From NCBI GenBank assembly GCA_947626095.1, contig CANQQV010000010.1, positions 1-64,000 of the forward strand: a stretch of 64,000 nt of DNA. Reading direction: 5' to 3'. Positions 10,812-21,480 of this stretch are shown here, piece after piece. This DNA is from an uncultured Bacilli bacterium (GTDB taxonomy: Bacteria; Bacillota_I; Bacilli_A; RF39; UBA660). The number at the start of each line of letters is the position of its first letter. The first letter of the stretch is position 1. Both the position numbers and the translations under genes were made by a program. The notes beneath the pieces are model-generated. The model had not been told where the DNA came from. It searched no databases and saw nothing but the letters and a program-made list of their open reading frames with translations.

Positions 10812-11855
10812 TTACACATCCTTTCTATCAAATGTATCTGTTTCTCGTAAATCTGTTTGATAGAATGTTCTTATATCATTAATACCATATTTAAGCATAG
10901 CAAGACGTTCAGCACCAAAACCGAATGCAAAACCAGACCAAACAGCTGGATCATAACCACAGTTTCTTAAAACATTAGGATGAACCATACCAGCACCACT
11001 TACAGTAATCCAACCAGTATTTTTACATAATGAGCAACCTTTACCTTTACAAACGAAACATGAAATGTCAGTTTCAACTGATGGCTCAGTAAATTGATAA
11101 TAACTAGGTCTAAATCTTGTTTCACAATCTTCACCAAATAATTTTTTAGCAATAGCATCAAAAGTTCCTTTTAAGTCAGATAAACGAATATTTTTATCAA
11201 CTAGTAAACCTTCGATTTGCATAAATTGATGAGAATGAGTAGCATCATCAGCATCACGACGGTATGTCTTACCTGGACAAATCATACGAATAGGCGTATT
11301 ACCACCAGCTTTTAACATTGTTCTTACTTGAACAGGTGATGTTTGACTACGTAATAAAATAGATTCATCTTCGATATAGAAAGTATCTTGCGCATCACGG
11401 GCAGGATGTCCTTTAGGAATATTTAATAATTCAAAGTTATATTTGTCTTCTTCGACTTCAGGACCATCAACGACATCATAACCCATAGACATACATACTT
11501 CTTCAACTTCTTCAATAATCTTTTCTAAGATATTAGGAGCACCTACTTTAATATTAGTAGCTGGTAATGTAACATCTATTTTTTCACTTTCTAATTTTTT
11601 ATTTAGTTCTTCTTCCTCATATTTTTTAATCGTACTATCTATTTTAGAAGTTAATTCTTGTTTTAAATCATTTAATAATTTACCAAAATCTTTCTTTTCT
11701 TCAGGACTTAAATCACGCATATAAGTTGTTAGTTCATTTACTGGTCCTTTTTTACCTAAATATTTAACTTTTAAATCATTAACTTCTTTTAGATTAGTAC
11801 AAGCTTCAAGTTCTTTTAAAGCTTCTTCTTTTAGAGCTTCGACTTTTTCTTTCAT
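10812..11855 (-). CDS. pheS: Phenylalanine--tRNA ligase alpha subunit
   Basis: HPARD.QDTF, LLRSQTSPVQ, FRPSY.QFTEPS, GFAFG.G.ERLAM motifs. Confidence 0.98.
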   Translation of the reverse strand: MKEKVEALKEEALKELEACTNLKEVNDLKVKYLGKKGPVNELTTYMRDLSPEEKKDFGKLLNDLKQELTSKIDSTIKKYEEEELNKKLESEKIDVTLPATNIKVGAPNILEKIIEEVEEVCMSMGYDVVDGPEVEEDKYNFELLNIPKGHPARDAQDTFYIEDESILLRSQTSPVQVRTMLKAGGNTPIRMICPGKTYRRDADDATHSHQFMQIEGLLVDKNIRLSDLKGTFDAIAKKLFGEDCETRFRPSYYQFTEPSVETDISCFVCKGKGCSLCKNTGWITVSGAGMVHPNVLRNCGYDPAVWSGFAFGFGAERLAMLKYGINDIRTFYQTDLRETDTFDRKDV

Positions 11856-11867
11856 ATTTTTACCTCC

Positions 11868-12090
11868 AATAAAAAAAATCTAAAACCAAGGGACGAAATT
11901 ATATTCCGCGGTACCACCCTAATTCTAGAATTCTAGCACTTATTATAGATATAACGCATCTATGTGCGGGTCTAACTCCAACGATGAATTTCATTATATT
12001 ATTTATCTTTAGATGCTTGCAGCCGATGACATCTAATCTCTAATTTAAGAACTTAATATAATTACTAGGTTCGTCTTCTTCGTTTTTCTG
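11868..12090 (-). promoter_or_regulatory. T-box riboswitch leader (Phe specifier) upstream of pheST
   Basis: Minus strand: AGTA box, AGAGA and GGCTGCAA stem-I motifs, specifier GAAA-TTC (UUC = Phe, 11988-11986), T-box AGGGTGGTACCGCGG (11920-11906), then CGTCCC and a U-tract. Confidence 0.92.
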
Positions 12091-12165
12091 TTCATTATTT
12101 TAGCACATTTATAATTTTATAGCAAACAAAATGTTTTATTATATGAAAAAAAGCCTTTTTAAGGC

Positions 12166-13017
12166 TTATTTCTTGTTAAATTCAGTAATAATAGTATAAA
12201 TGCTCATTATATTTATTTTGTCTTCTTCTGCGTAGTTATTTAAGATTTTTTCAATTTGGTCTTTTTCTTTTAAATTAGTATTCTTTAATGTTTTTTCAAA
12301 ACCATTAATGGCATTAATAATTGAATCTTTATCACTTACACGATATGGAGATTTAGTCTGCATAATACCATATGAATATTCTCTTCTTAAGATGGCATTG
12401 ATATTTTCTTTAACCTTACGATATGTAGTAGGATTTTTATATTCTTCATTAATCATAATAGCGTAGGTTAAGTTATTAATAGTATTGTTCTTACTTTTAA
12501 TTATTTCGTAATATAAGTTTTTAAATTTAGCATACTGCATAATAACTTTTTCTGATTTTAAAGTTTTCTTTTTAGATTCAACAAGACTTTTTTTGTTCTT
12601 GGTAGACATATTATAAAGACTAGCAAGGTAGATAATAATAAGGAACCAAATAAATCCTTTAACATCTTCAGGATTAGGAATAACAGTATCAACTTTAGAA
12701 ATAAAATAGTTATAAGTAAAGATACTAACGACAATACTTAGTAAGCTTTCGATTAAAAAGGATGATTTGTTGATATCTGTTTCTTCAGAAGTAATATTAG
12801 TAACATAGAAGTTGCGGATGAATATTTCGAAGACAACAATTAAAAAGATATTAGTTTTTAAAACAGGGATTAAAGCCGAGATAATTATAATATAGATAGT
12901 AGGTATTAATAAATGATTAATTAAACGATTTTCTTTTTTATCAAAGTATTTTAAGATAATAGTTAAAGGTATTGTTAGTAGGATTTGAACTATTAAAGTT
13001 ACTAATGTCATACGCAT
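12166..13017 (-). CDS. Hypothetical membrane protein
   Basis: About 4-5 hydrophobic segments in the N-terminal half and a soluble basic C-terminal half. Confidence 0.75.
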   Translation of the reverse strand: MRMTLVTLIVQILLTIPLTIILKYFDKKENRLINHLLIPTIYIIIISALIPVLKTNIFLIVVFEIFIRNFYVTNITSEETDINKSSFLIESLLSIVVSIFTYNYFISKVDTVIPNPEDVKGFIWFLIIIYLASLYNMSTKNKKSLVESKKKTLKSEKVIMQYAKFKNLYYEIIKSKNNTINNLTYAIMINEEYKNPTTYRKVKENINAILRREYSYGIMQTKSPYRVSDKDSIINAINGFEKTLKNTNLKEKDQIEKILNNYAEEDKINIMSIYTIITEFNKK

Positions 13018-13085
13018 TCTCCTTATTGGTTGTTATACTACTATAAAGAAGGGGAAAAGTCAAATAAAAAAGCAGGTATAACCTG

Positions 13086-13331
13086 CTATATTTGTGATTT
13101 TAAGATTCTAGTTAGGATAATAATTAATTCTGGGTCTTTAACACGGTCGACATATGTATCTTGACCGTCAATTATCTCTTCAACGATGGCAACATTAGTT
13201 GGTATTATATCTTTATTTTCATCTACTCCCATAACTAAGAAGTATTTAACGCCTCCATACATAGTTTCATTTAATACTACATATTTTTCATTGTTTTCTA
13301 AACTTATTATAGTATTGGTTCTTAAACTCAT
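13086..13331 (-). CDS. Small hypothetical protein (DUF1292-like)
   Basis: 81 aa with RBS AGGAGA; E.Y.V......G..Y.L pattern resembles the small acidic DUF1292-type proteins. Confidence 0.6.
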   Translation of the reverse strand: MSLRTNTIISLENNEKYVVLNETMYGGVKYFLVMGVDENKDIIPTNVAIVEEIIDGQDTYVDRVKDPELIIILTRILKSQI

Positions 13332-13370
13332 AAAATCATCTCCTAACTATTTATCGTTTTTCTCTACTAA

Positions 13371-15209
13371 TTATATATTAGCATTATTTTCTTCTAGTGT
13401 GTCATCAATTTGTTCAGTTTCTTCTTGTTGGACACTTTCTTTAACACTATTATCCTCAGGAATTTGTTCATTTATAACTTCATCAGCTGTTTTTACTTCA
13501 TTAAGCATGTTAAGAAGTTGTTCTGGTTCATCAATATCTGTTGCTTCAATTACTTTAAGGCCACGTTTTTCTTCAGGTTCAAATCTCTCTGGTTCTAAGT
13601 TGGAAATAGGTGCCTTATTAATGATATAAGTGTCATAATCTTTAGGAACCAAAGTTTGGGTTTGATTAATAATATTCATATCGATTGAATCAGTTAGATT
13701 TATTTTTAATTCATCTTCAAGACGACGAACTACATCAATTGGAGTATCAGGGAATTGACGACGATGTTTTAGATCGATAACGGTTTGTGCTAGTTCTTTT
13801 AAGATGTCTTTATCTTTATTTCTTGTGCTAATATCTATTAAACCTGATTTCTTAGTAAGTAATCTATTACGTAAATTAGATATTTCTTTTTGGGCATTTA
13901 AGATATTATTTTTATATTCTTCATAGTCATTTTTGATAATATATGAAGCTTTAGCAATATCTTCAGCTTCGTTTAATCTAAATTGGGTAGCAATTTTTTC
14001 AGCTTCAACAATATCATTACGTTTTTCATCAACTGATACTTTTAAGCTGGCTTTAACACTGATATTAGTATCTGGTGTATCATCGTATGCTTTTTGAAAT
14101 TCAGATAAATCTTTTTTCATTACTGCAATCATATCATTTATTTCTTGTTCATTTAATTTATATTCAAAGTTTTTATCTTGATCAACTAATGATACTTTCT
14201 CTTCTAATTCAGTTAATTCTGTTTGCCATCTATTTATTCTTTTTTCTAAGTAATTTATGCGAACTTTTTCTGGTGTATTAGCTTCTAATATATTATAAGT
14301 TTTTTGATCTATTTCATTGGCAAAAGAATCACGAGCTTGAGTTGCTCTTAGTAATTCTTCTTCTAATTTATTATCATTAGCGACATTAATATATGGTTGA
14401 CGAATAACAATATTTATTAATTCAACAAGATAGCTTTTAGCATTTTCTGGAGCTTCGTCGCTGTTTATGATATCTTTAATTTTAGTTTCTATATATTTAG
14501 GGTTGGCTTGTAATTCTTCTAGACGACTATTTAAGTCAGATATTTTTTCTTCTAATTCATTAATACGTTTAGTATTCTTTTCTTTTTTAGAATGATCAAC
14601 GTAATTATCTTTATTTTCTAAATTAGCTTGAGTTTCAGCAAGTAATTTTTTCTTTTTATCAATTTTTTCTTCTAATTCAATTATTTCGGCGGTTACATCT
14701 TCGATACTTCCTTGAACATTAACATATTCTTCATTTTCTTCGCCTAATTCGATATTAATATCAGATATTTTTCTTGAAGTATCATCAATTAAATTATTAT
14801 ATCTATTTATGGTGTCATTATCTGTGACAGATACAACACGTTCTTGCATACTTAGTATATATTTTTCATAACTGGCCTTAGTTTCTCTAAGTAAGTTAGT
14901 ACTTTCGTAAGCTTTAGCTTCGGCTTCCTTTAGATTATTTAGTTCTTTGTTTTTATCTTTAAGTTCGTTTTTTAAAGTTTGAAGTTGTTTTTTAGTAATT
15001 ATCTCAATATTACGATCAGCCATTTCAGCACTTGAATCGTAACTATCTTCATCTGATAATGAGTTTATATCATTTATTTCTTGTTGATATCCTCTTATTT
15101 TATTATTTATTTCTACTTCTTCAACACGCAAAGATGGACCATCACTTTTGGAACGGCACATTTTAACTAAAACATCTAAATTCCATAAGACCTTTAATTT
15201 ATCGTCCAT
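13371..15209 (-). CDS. Long coiled-coil protein of unknown function
   Basis: 612 aa rich in E/K/N with heptad pattern; no Walker motifs seen. Confidence 0.8.
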   Translation of the reverse strand: MDDKLKVLWNLDVLVKMCRSKSDGPSLRVEEVEINNKIRGYQQEINDINSLSDEDSYDSSAEMADRNIEIITKKQLQTLKNELKDKNKELNNLKEAEAKAYESTNLLRETKASYEKYILSMQERVVSVTDNDTINRYNNLIDDTSRKISDINIELGEENEEYVNVQGSIEDVTAEIIELEEKIDKKKKLLAETQANLENKDNYVDHSKKEKNTKRINELEEKISDLNSRLEELQANPKYIETKIKDIINSDEAPENAKSYLVELINIVIRQPYINVANDNKLEEELLRATQARDSFANEIDQKTYNILEANTPEKVRINYLEKRINRWQTELTELEEKVSLVDQDKNFEYKLNEQEINDMIAVMKKDLSEFQKAYDDTPDTNISVKASLKVSVDEKRNDIVEAEKIATQFRLNEAEDIAKASYIIKNDYEEYKNNILNAQKEISNLRNRLLTKKSGLIDISTRNKDKDILKELAQTVIDLKHRRQFPDTPIDVVRRLEDELKINLTDSIDMNIINQTQTLVPKDYDTYIINKAPISNLEPERFEPEEKRGLKVIEATDIDEPEQLLNMLNEVKTADEVINEQIPEDNSVKESVQQEETEQIDDTLEENNANI

Positions 15210-15296
15210 ATTAATACACCCTTTTATTCTAGTCTAAATATATTCTAACATAAAGATTGGGTATTTTCAATAAAACTATTATTTTATCTTAAGATT

Positions 15297-15305
15297 CATA
15301 TATTT
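15297..15305 (+). promoter_or_regulatory. Putative sigmaE/sigmaK-type -10 element (CATATATTT)
   Basis: Matches CATA---T; the same string and a GAGGTG RBS occur upstream of gerQ. Confidence 0.4.
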
Positions 15306-15323
15306 ATTATAGTGAGGTGGTAT

Positions 15324-15668
15324 ATGCGTAATTTTCCACCAAATGTTGATCCTAAAATATCGACTTTAAGTGCAGTTGTAATTGGGTTTGCTTTAATTGA
15401 TCATTTTACGGCGGGAGAGCAGAATGCTCTCGGCAACTGGTTTATTACAGTGGGGCAGATACTTGAAAATAACTCAGCTTTCCAACAAGTCATTGAAAGT
15501 AGAATTCAGGGTTCAACAATTAATATTAATAGTCAAAAATATAAGGAAACAGGGGAACCATATATGGATAATGAAGCTTGGACGGAATCACCTGCAGATA
15601 AGCAATTTAATGACTTAAAAAAGACGGTTGAAATTATGAGAGAAGAATTAGATAAATTAAAGAAATAA
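15324..15668 (+). CDS. Hypothetical protein (DUF6774-like N-terminal segment)
   Basis: A...G.AL.....A.EQN.LGN.....GQ.L motif; RBS GAGGTGG, start ATG 15324. Confidence 0.65.
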   Translation: MRNFPPNVDPKISTLSAVVIGFALIDHFTAGEQNALGNWFITVGQILENNSAFQQVIESRIQGSTININSQKYKETGEPYMDNEAWTESPADKQFNDLKKTVEIMREELDKLKK

Positions 15669-15679
15669 AAAAAGAACTA

Positions 15680-16024
15680 TTATACTAGTTCTAATTTTAC
15701 AGTTAGAGCATCGTCTCCAACTCTTTCTTTTAATTTTATGATTCTAGTGTATCCACCATTTCTAGTTTCATATTTTTTAGCTAATTCATTGAATACTTTA
15801 TCAACTACTAAAGTATCGTTGTTTAAGAAAGCAAGGGCTTTTCTACGACATACTAAAGTACCTCTTTTGCCATAAGTAATCATACGATCAACAAATTTTC
15901 TTACTTCTTTGGCTCTAGCTTCAGTAGTAACAACAGATTCGTTTAGTATAACATCTTTAGTTAAACTAGCTAAAATACTTCTACGAATGCTTTTTTCTCT
16001 GTTTAATCTTCTATATTTTGCCAT
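15680..16024 (-). CDS. rplQ: 50S ribosomal protein L17
   Basis: TT.ARAKE, R.GGYTRI motifs. Confidence 0.97.
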   Translation of the reverse strand: MAKYRRLNREKSIRRSILASLTKDVILNESVVTTEARAKEVRKFVDRMITYGKRGTLVCRRKALAFLNNDTLVVDKVFNELAKKYETRNGGYTRIIKLKERVGDDALTVKLELV

Positions 16025-16048
16025 AAGTATTTTACCTCCTATTTATTT

Positions 16049-16993
16049 TTAATCGCGGAACTTAAGTCCCATTTCTTTTACTTTATCAATAACTTCTTTT
16101 AAAGATTTTTTACCTAGATTACGGATCTTAGTAACTTCGACTTCTTTTTTAGAAATTAAATCTTGAACTGTATTAATTCCAGCTCTCTTTAAGCAATTGT
16201 AAGCACGAACTGAGAACTCTATTTCTTCGATTGGTGTTTCTAACGTCTTAGTGATTGTATCTACTTTTTTCTCAGCCATTAAGCCTGAAACATCACTTAT
16301 CGCATTTAAATCTGTGACAATGTTAAAATGTTCTATTAAAATTCTTGCAGATAAAGCCATTGCTTCTTCTGGAGTAATTGATCCGTTTGTATAAACGTTC
16401 ATTATTAATTTATCAAAGTTTTCATTTTGTCCAACACGAGCACTTTCAACTTCATAACTAACTCTTTCAATTGGAGAGTATAATGAATCGATTGCTATAA
16501 CGCCAACTTTATTTTCACCAAATAATTTTTGATTAGCTTTTGAATCAACATAGCCACGACCATTACTTACTGTCATTTCCATATCAAGTTTTCCACCTTT
16601 AACAAGGTTAGCAATTACTAAATCTGGATTAACGATTTCAACATCAGCGTCTCTTTCGATATCACCAGCAGTTACTGCACCTTCTTTGTCGGCATATAAT
16701 CTGATAACTTTGTCTTCTTCAGAATGATTTTTAATTACGATGCTTTTTAAAGCAAGAACGATAGCTGTTACGTCTTCAACAACACCATCTATTTTTTGGA
16801 ATTCATGCATAACACCTTCAATTTTTACTGATGTGATAGCGCTTCCTGGTAATGAAGATAACATAACTCTTCTTAATGCGTTTCCGATAGTTGTACCAAA
16901 ACCTCTTTCAAGTGGTTCTAATTCAAATTTTCCATAGTGATTGCTCTCTATGTATTCAGTAATTTTGTATTCTGGTTTTTCAAATCTTAACAT
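16049..16993 (-). CDS. rpoA: RNA polymerase alpha subunit
   Basis: EPLERGFG.T.GNALRR.LLSS, SVRAYNCLKRAG, NLG.KSL.E motifs. Confidence 0.99.
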   Translation of the reverse strand: MLRFEKPEYKITEYIESNHYGKFELEPLERGFGTTIGNALRRVMLSSLPGSAITSVKIEGVMHEFQKIDGVVEDVTAIVLALKSIVIKNHSEEDKVIRLYADKEGAVTAGDIERDADVEIVNPDLVIANLVKGGKLDMEMTVSNGRGYVDSKANQKLFGENKVGVIAIDSLYSPIERVSYEVESARVGQNENFDKLIMNVYTNGSITPEEAMALSARILIEHFNIVTDLNAISDVSGLMAEKKVDTITKTLETPIEEIEFSVRAYNCLKRAGINTVQDLISKKEVEVTKIRNLGKKSLKEVIDKVKEMGLKFRD

Positions 16994-17020
16994 ATCCCTA
17001 AGTTCCCTTCTTTCACTTTA

Positions 17021-17404
17021 TTAATTTCTTGGACGTTTTGGTGGACGACATCCGTTATGTGGAACTGGAGTAACGTCATTAATAGTTGTAATTTCTAGTC
17101 CTGCAGTTTGTAATGAACGAATAGCGTTTTCACGTCCTGCACCTAAACCTTTAACAAATACTTCTACTTTTCTAACTCCGTTATCCATTGCAGCTTTAGC
17201 AGCAGCTTCAGCGCTCATACCAGCAGCAAATGGAGTTTTCTTTTTACTTCCTTTATATCCAATAGTACCAGCAGAAGCCCAACTGATAACATTACCATCT
17301 TTATCTGAAATTGTTACAACAGTATTGTTATATGTTGAATGAATATGAGCTTGTGCTTCTGGTATATTCTTTTTAACTTTTCTTTTTCTTCTATTGTAAG
17401 CCAT
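17021..17404 (-). CDS. rpsK: 30S ribosomal protein S11
   Basis: [14 protein letters not shown] motif. Confidence 0.99.
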   Translation of the reverse strand: MAYNRRKRKVKKNIPEAQAHIHSTYNNTVVTISDKDGNVISWASAGTIGYKGSKKKTPFAAGMSAEAAAKAAMDNGVRKVEVFVKGLGAGRENAIRSLQTAGLEITTINDVTPVPHNGCRPPKRPRN

Positions 17405-17425
17405 AATCTTTTAACCTCCTATTTA

Positions 17426-17800
17426 TTATTTAGTAGCTTTCTTCTTGTTAGCAACTACTTTACCTTTACCTTTTCTTGTACGAGCATTTCTTGAAGTTCT
17501 TTGGCCATGTACTGGAAGACCTTTTTTATGTCTTGTACCTTGGTAACTATTAATTTCCATTTTGTTTTTAATGTTCATTTGAACTTCACGACGAAGATCA
17601 CCTTCAACCATATGTTTTTCTACTTCTTTACGAAGAGCAGTAATTTCATCTTCAGTTAAATCTTTGATTTTTTTATCTCTTGCTACTTTAGCAGCATCAC
17701 AAATTTGGTTAGCTAAACTTCTACCGATACCATAAATAGCAGTTAATCCTATACAAGTATGTTTTTCACCTGGTAATTCAATATTTTTAATACGTGCCAT
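17426..17800 (-). CDS. rpsM: 30S ribosomal protein S13
   Basis: LT.IYGIG, EGDLRR, GLPV.GQRT..NARTRKG motifs. Confidence 0.98.
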   Translation of the reverse strand: MARIKNIELPGEKHTCIGLTAIYGIGRSLANQICDAAKVARDKKIKDLTEDEITALRKEVEKHMVEGDLRREVQMNIKNKMEINSYQGTRHKKGLPVHGQRTSRNARTRKGKGKVVANKKKATK

Positions 17801-17813
17801 AATTTACCTCCTA

Positions 17814-17927
17814 TTAGCCTTGTTTTTGTTTGTGTTTTGGATTTTCACAAATAACCATTATTTTTCCTTTTCTTTTTATAATTTTGCATTTAGCACAAAT
17901 TTTTTTAACTGATGGTCTAACTTTCAT
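17814..17927 (-). CDS. rpmJ: 50S ribosomal protein L36
   Basis: Manual translation [37 protein letters not shown] (37 aa; absent from the ORF track). Confidence 0.97.
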   Translation of the reverse strand: MKVRPSVKKICAKCKIIKRKGKIMVICENPKHKQKQG

Positions 17928-17941
17928 AATTGTACCTCCAT

Positions 17942-18160
17942 TTATTTTTTATTCCATATAATACGCCCACGTGTTAAATCATAAGGCGACAATTCGATAG
18001 TGACTGTATCACCTGGTAAGATACGAATCATATTAACGCGCATTTTACCAGAAACGTAGGCCTCTACAGTATGTCCATTAGGTAATTCAACGATTGGAGT
18101 TCCACCTTTAAGGATCTCAACAACTTTACCTTCTACTTCTATTTTTTCTTCTTTAGCCAT
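17942..18160 (-). CDS. infA: Translation initiation factor IF-1
   Basis: SGKMR...[20 protein letters not shown] motif. Confidence 0.98.
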   Translation of the reverse strand: MAKEEKIEVEGKVVEILKGGTPIVELPNGHTVEAYVSGKMRVNMIRILPGDTVTIELSPYDLTRGRIIWNKK

Positions 18161-18195
18161 TTTATATCTCCATAACTATATTCGAGTGTATTTGA

Positions 18196-18225
18196 GATGT
18201 GAATAACAAATTAGTTATTCACATC
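18196..18225. repeat. Perfect 12-bp inverted repeat spanning the adk stop
   Basis: GATGTGAATAAC-AAATTA-GTTATTCACATC. Confidence 0.85.
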
Positions 18226-18879
18226 CTCACTCTCAAGAATTTTTTCTATTTCTTTAAAAACTGCTTCAGCATCACTGCTAGAATCAACAGTTCTTAAGAC
18301 GCCTTGTTCTTTGTAATAATCTATTATTGGTTCAGTAACCTCAAAGTATGTTTTAACTCTTGTGTTCATAGCTTCTTCGTTATCATCTTCTCTTTGATAT
18401 AACTTTCCGCCACATTTATCACAAACGCCATCAACTTTTGGTTTAAATTCATCGTTATAGATATTGTAGATTGCTCCACAATCACGACAAATTCGACGAC
18501 CAATAATTCTTTGTTTTAATAATTCGTTTGGAATTGTTAAATTTATTACAACCCCTAATTCTTTTCCTAATTTTTTTAGGATTTCATCATATCCTTTAGC
18601 TTGTTCTAAATTTCTAGGAAAGCCATCTAGGATATACCCCTTCTCACACTCTGGTTGAGTAATTTTATACTCAATTGCTTCGTAGATGATATCGTTTGGA
18701 ACAAAAATGCCATTATCTATCATGTTTTTGATTTTTGCGCCAAGTTCATCTGCAACAGCTGCTCTTTCTCTAAGGATATCTCCTGTAGAGATATGAGCAT
18801 AATTATATTTTTCTTTTAGTTTTTTAGCGAAGGTACCTTTACCAGCACCTTGCACTGCTAAAAATATTATATTTTTCAT
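18211..18879 (-). CDS. adk: Adenylate kinase with Zn-binding LID
   Basis: GAGKGT, HISTGD.LR, LDGFPR motifs; CxxC...CDKC LID. Confidence 0.97.
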   Translation of the reverse strand: MKNIIFLAVQGAGKGTFAKKLKEKYNYAHISTGDILRERAAVADELGAKIKNMIDNGIFVPNDIIYEAIEYKITQPECEKGYILDGFPRNLEQAKGYDEILKKLGKELGVVINLTIPNELLKQRIIGRRICRDCGAIYNIYNDEFKPKVDGVCDKCGGKLYQREDDNEEAMNTRVKTYFEVTEPIIDYYKEQGVLRTVDSSSDAEAVFKEIEKILESEDVNN

Positions 18880-20138
18880 TATCTTTTTATTCCTGCTCTG
18901 TGACTACGACTTATTAAACTACTTTCTAGTTGTTTGTAAGTTTCAATAGCAACTCCAACAACGATTAATAAACCAGTTCCCCCAATTGTAACAGCATTTG
19001 AAAGACCTGAGAAATTAGAGAATAAGATTGGTAGTCCAGCAATTATGATTAGGAAGATTGAACCAACAATAGTTAATTTTCCTAATACATTACTAACATA
19101 ATCAATTGTATCATTTCCTGGTCTTACACCTGGAATGTATGCACCACTCTTACTTAAGTTTTTAGACATTTCTTCAGGATTCATTTGTAAGAATGTGTAG
19201 AAATATCCAAAGAACAATATTAATAAAATATATAGAATGAAACCTGTTAATGATGTATTTACAATGTATGTATTAACAAAATTAATAGCTTTTTGATTCT
19301 TTATTAAATTAACAATTGTTACAGGAATTGTAAGTAATGTTGATGCAAAGATTACTGGAAGAACTCCAGCAGAGTTTATTTTGATTGGAAGATAATTTTG
19401 ATGTCCTCCATAAGCACTATTTGTTCTATTAGCATATTGAATTGGTATTCTTCTTTCAGCAAGTTGAATCCATATCATACCAATAATAATTAGTAAATAA
19501 ATAACAACAAATGCACCGAATAGTAATGAACCAATTACTTTAGTAAAAGTACCAGCCATTATTAATTCACGGAAAGCAGTAACAAAGATTGTAGGCATTG
19601 ATTGTAAAATACCAGCCATAATGAATAATGATACTCCATTACCGATTCCATGTTTAGTGATTTGATCACCTAACCATAATAGTAAACATGTACCTGCTGT
19701 TAAAACAACTGTTGTTTTTAAAATAGTTAAGACATCAGTTGTTCCTGAGTAAGCAACGGTAAATATATAACCTTGTAAGAAGGCGAATAATACACCTAAA
19801 TATCTAGTTATCTTATTTATTTTTTGTTTACCAGTATACCCTTGTTCTTTTAATTCTTTGAAATATGGAATAATATCCATTTGTAATATTTGCGTAATGA
19901 TTTGAGCGGTAATATATGGAGTAACACCTAAGGCGAAGATTGAGAATGACTTTAATCCTCCACCAGTCATTAGGTTAAAGATTTCTAAGAAACCTAATTC
20001 TTCATATATTGTACCAACCCATGGTACTGTTATAGTACTACCAAAGCAAAATATTGCTAAACAAAATAGTGTGAAATATATTCTTTTTCTTAAATCTCTA
20101 TTTGAACGTTTAAATAGCTGTTTTAGATTAGAAAACAT
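18879..20138 (-). CDS. secY: Preprotein translocase SecY
   Basis: SIFALG..PYITA, GIGNG.SL, IPG.RPG, GGT.LLI.VGV motifs. Confidence 0.98.
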   Translation of the reverse strand: MFSNLKQLFKRSNRDLRKRIYFTLFCLAIFCFGSTITVPWVGTIYEELGFLEIFNLMTGGGLKSFSIFALGVTPYITAQIITQILQMDIIPYFKELKEQGYTGKQKINKITRYLGVLFAFLQGYIFTVAYSGTTDVLTILKTTVVLTAGTCLLLWLGDQITKHGIGNGVSLFIMAGILQSMPTIFVTAFRELIMAGTFTKVIGSLLFGAFVVIYLLIIIGMIWIQLAERRIPIQYANRTNSAYGGHQNYLPIKINSAGVLPVIFASTLLTIPVTIVNLIKNQKAINFVNTYIVNTSLTGFILYILLILFFGYFYTFLQMNPEEMSKNLSKSGAYIPGVRPGNDTIDYVSNVLGKLTIVGSIFLIIIAGLPILFSNFSGLSNAVTIGGTGLLIVVGVAIETYKQLESSLISRSHRAGIKR

Positions 20139-20582
20139 CTAAATCACCTCAGCTTTTCCGCCAGCACTTTCGATTTTTGTAACGGCTGAACTTGAGAATC
20201 TATTAGCTTTAATTGTTAATTTCTTTTCTAGTTCACCATTGCCTAAGACTTTAACTCCACAAAGTTGTTTTTTAATAATCCCCTTTTCTTTTAATAATTC
20301 AGGAGTAACGGTATCGCCATCCTTGAAAAATTTATTTAAATCACTTAAGTTAATTGTTGCGTATTCTACTCTAAATCTAGTATTTTTAAAGCCACGTTTT
20401 GGTACTCTTCTATATAGAGGAGTTTGTCCACCTTGGAACCAAGCTGGAATAGTTACACCAGAACGAGATTTTTGACCTTTTTGACCTCTAGTAGAAGTTT
20501 TACCCATTCCACTACCTGGTCCACGGCCAACTCTTTTTCTTGCTTTTGCTTCAGGAGCAGCTTGTAATTCGTTTAATTTCAT
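20139..20582 (-). CDS. rplO: 50S ribosomal protein L15
   Basis: RVGRG.GSG.GKT..RG.KGQ, GGQTPL.RR.PKRGF motifs; start moved to 20582. Confidence 0.98.
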   Translation of the reverse strand: MKLNELQAAPEAKARKRVGRGPGSGMGKTSTRGQKGQKSRSGVTIPAWFQGGQTPLYRRVPKRGFKNTRFRVEYATINLSDLNKFFKDGDTVTPELLKEKGIIKKQLCGVKVLGNGELEKKLTIKANRFSSSAVTKIESAGGKAEVI

Positions 20583-20583
20583 A

Positions 20584-21087
20584 TTATAGCTCCTCAACTT
20601 TCTTTCCTCTTAATTCTGCAACATGTTCAGGTATTTTTTGCATCTTAAGAGCTTCTAATGTAGCTTTTGCAACGTTAATCTTAGTATTTGATCCAAGTGA
20701 TTTAGAAACAATATCACGAACTCCAGCAAGTTCTAGAACATCTCTGGCAGAACCACCAGCGATAACTCCAGTACCTTCTGAAGCAGGTTTAATTAGAACT
20801 TGAGCACGTCCTACTTTTCCAATAGCTTCGTGTGGGATAGTTCTATTATCAATTAAAGCAACTTTTGTTACGTTTTTATTAGCTGCTTGAATAGCTTTTT
20901 TAATAGCTTCTGGAACTTCGTTAGCTTTTCCAGTTCCAATTCCTACTAAGCCTTTTCTATTTCCAACAACTACTGTTGCAGAAAATCTAAAGTGACGACC
21001 ACCTTTTGTAACTTTTGTTACACGGCCGATAGAAACAACTTTTTCTTCAAGCAAATTTTTCTTAGAGTCCATTTTTGTTTTTGGCAT
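20584..21087 (-). CDS. rpsE: 30S ribosomal protein S5
   Basis: [19 protein letters not shown] motifs. Confidence 0.98.
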   Translation of the reverse strand: MPKTKMDSKKNLLEEKVVSIGRVTKVTKGGRHFRFSATVVVGNRKGLVGIGTGKANEVPEAIKKAIQAANKNVTKVALIDNRTIPHEAIGKVGRAQVLIKPASEGTGVIAGGSARDVLELAGVRDIVSKSLGSNTKINVAKATLEALKMQKIPEHVAELRGKKVEEL

Positions 21088-21103
21088 AATCTGTACCTCC
21101 CTC

Positions 21104-21460
21104 TTAGAATTCTAGTCCATTTTCACGTGCAGCTTCTGCTAAAGCTTGAACACGTCCGTGGTAAAGGTATCCACCTCTATCGAAAACTACTTTTGTTATT
21201 TTTAATTTTTTAGCTTTGGCTGCAATGTCTTTACCAACTTCTTTAGCACCTTCAACATTACCACCATTTTTTAATTTTAATTCGACAGATGAAGAGCTAG
21301 CTAGAGTAACGCCCTTAACATCATCGATAATTTGCGCAAAGATTTGTGTATTTGATCTAAATACGTTTAATCTTGGACATTCAGCTGTACCGCTTATAGT
21401 TTTACGAATACGTGCATGTCTTTTTTTACGCATGTCATTTTTTGATTCTTTAACTATCAT
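21104..21460 (-). CDS. rplR: 50S ribosomal protein L18
   Basis: [22 protein letters not shown] motifs. Confidence 0.98.
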   Translation of the reverse strand: MIVKESKNDMRKKRHARIRKTISGTAECPRLNVFRSNTQIFAQIIDDVKGVTLASSSSVELKLKNGGNVEGAKEVGKDIAAKAKKLKITKVVFDRGGYLYHGRVQALAEAARENGLEF

Positions 21461-21480
21461 AATATCTCGACTCCTTACCC

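Noticed and set aside
16993-17021. rpsD absent between rpsK and rpoA
   Set aside because: Normal for Bacilli, where rpsD is usually encoded elsewhere
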